A stretch of DNA of 48,769 nt, filler included, from Jimgerdemannia flammicorona (lineage: Eukaryota): assembly GCA_003990765.1 (NCBI GenBank). It is 2 parts of 2 records of this genome, joined end to end, with 100 filler letters (N's around TTAATTAATTAA, not from the genome) between each part and the next. Parts side by side here need not be neighbours in the genome. Positions count along the whole stretch, not along the records: positions 24,438 to 48,769 come from RBNJ01000989.1; 1 more part is not named here. One strand, given 5' to 3'. The notes beneath the pieces are model-generated. The model searched no databases. It was not told where the DNA came from and saw only the letters and a program-made list of their open reading frames with translations. The position numbers were made by a program, and so were the translations under genes. Below, one piece after another: positions 48,756 to 48,769 of this stretch (position 1 is its first letter; the number at the start of each line of letters is the position of its first letter).

Positions 48756-48769
48756 TTTTTTTTGTTTAA

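Overview
Eukaryotic, very probably fungal, DNA. The intron style, TE set and mutation pattern suggest an early-diverging lineage such as Mucoromycota, but that is inference. The window is two contigs joined by an artificial N44-TTAATTAATTAA-N44 linker (24338-24437). A CpG-rich gene island (about 22.9-36.1 kb) holds an intronless F-box gene, the 5' four exons of an Argonaute (cut by the contig break), a CLPTM1-family gene, a 4-exon orphan zinc-ribbon gene, a complete 8-exon SCP160/vigilin and a small coiled-coil ORF. CpG-depleted, C-to-T decayed transposon blocks flank it. The left block has a near full-length L1/Tx1-like LINE, AT-rich relics and a complete 10.5-kb Ty3/Gypsy provirus. The provirus has 1442-bp LTRs, a 4-bp TSD and a tRNA-Pro-like PBS, and carries an AT-hook, a ~450-aa Cys/His-rich insert, a dUTPase and an extra ~170-aa ORF at the env position. 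The right block is a three-level nest. A second Gypsy, with its dUTPase in a different position, is interrupted by a poly(A) retroelement with a 15-bp TSD. A complete Ngaro-type tyrosine-recombinase retrotransposon then inserted into that element, next to a motif matching its own junction. All alignments and translations were done by eye; no database searches were run.
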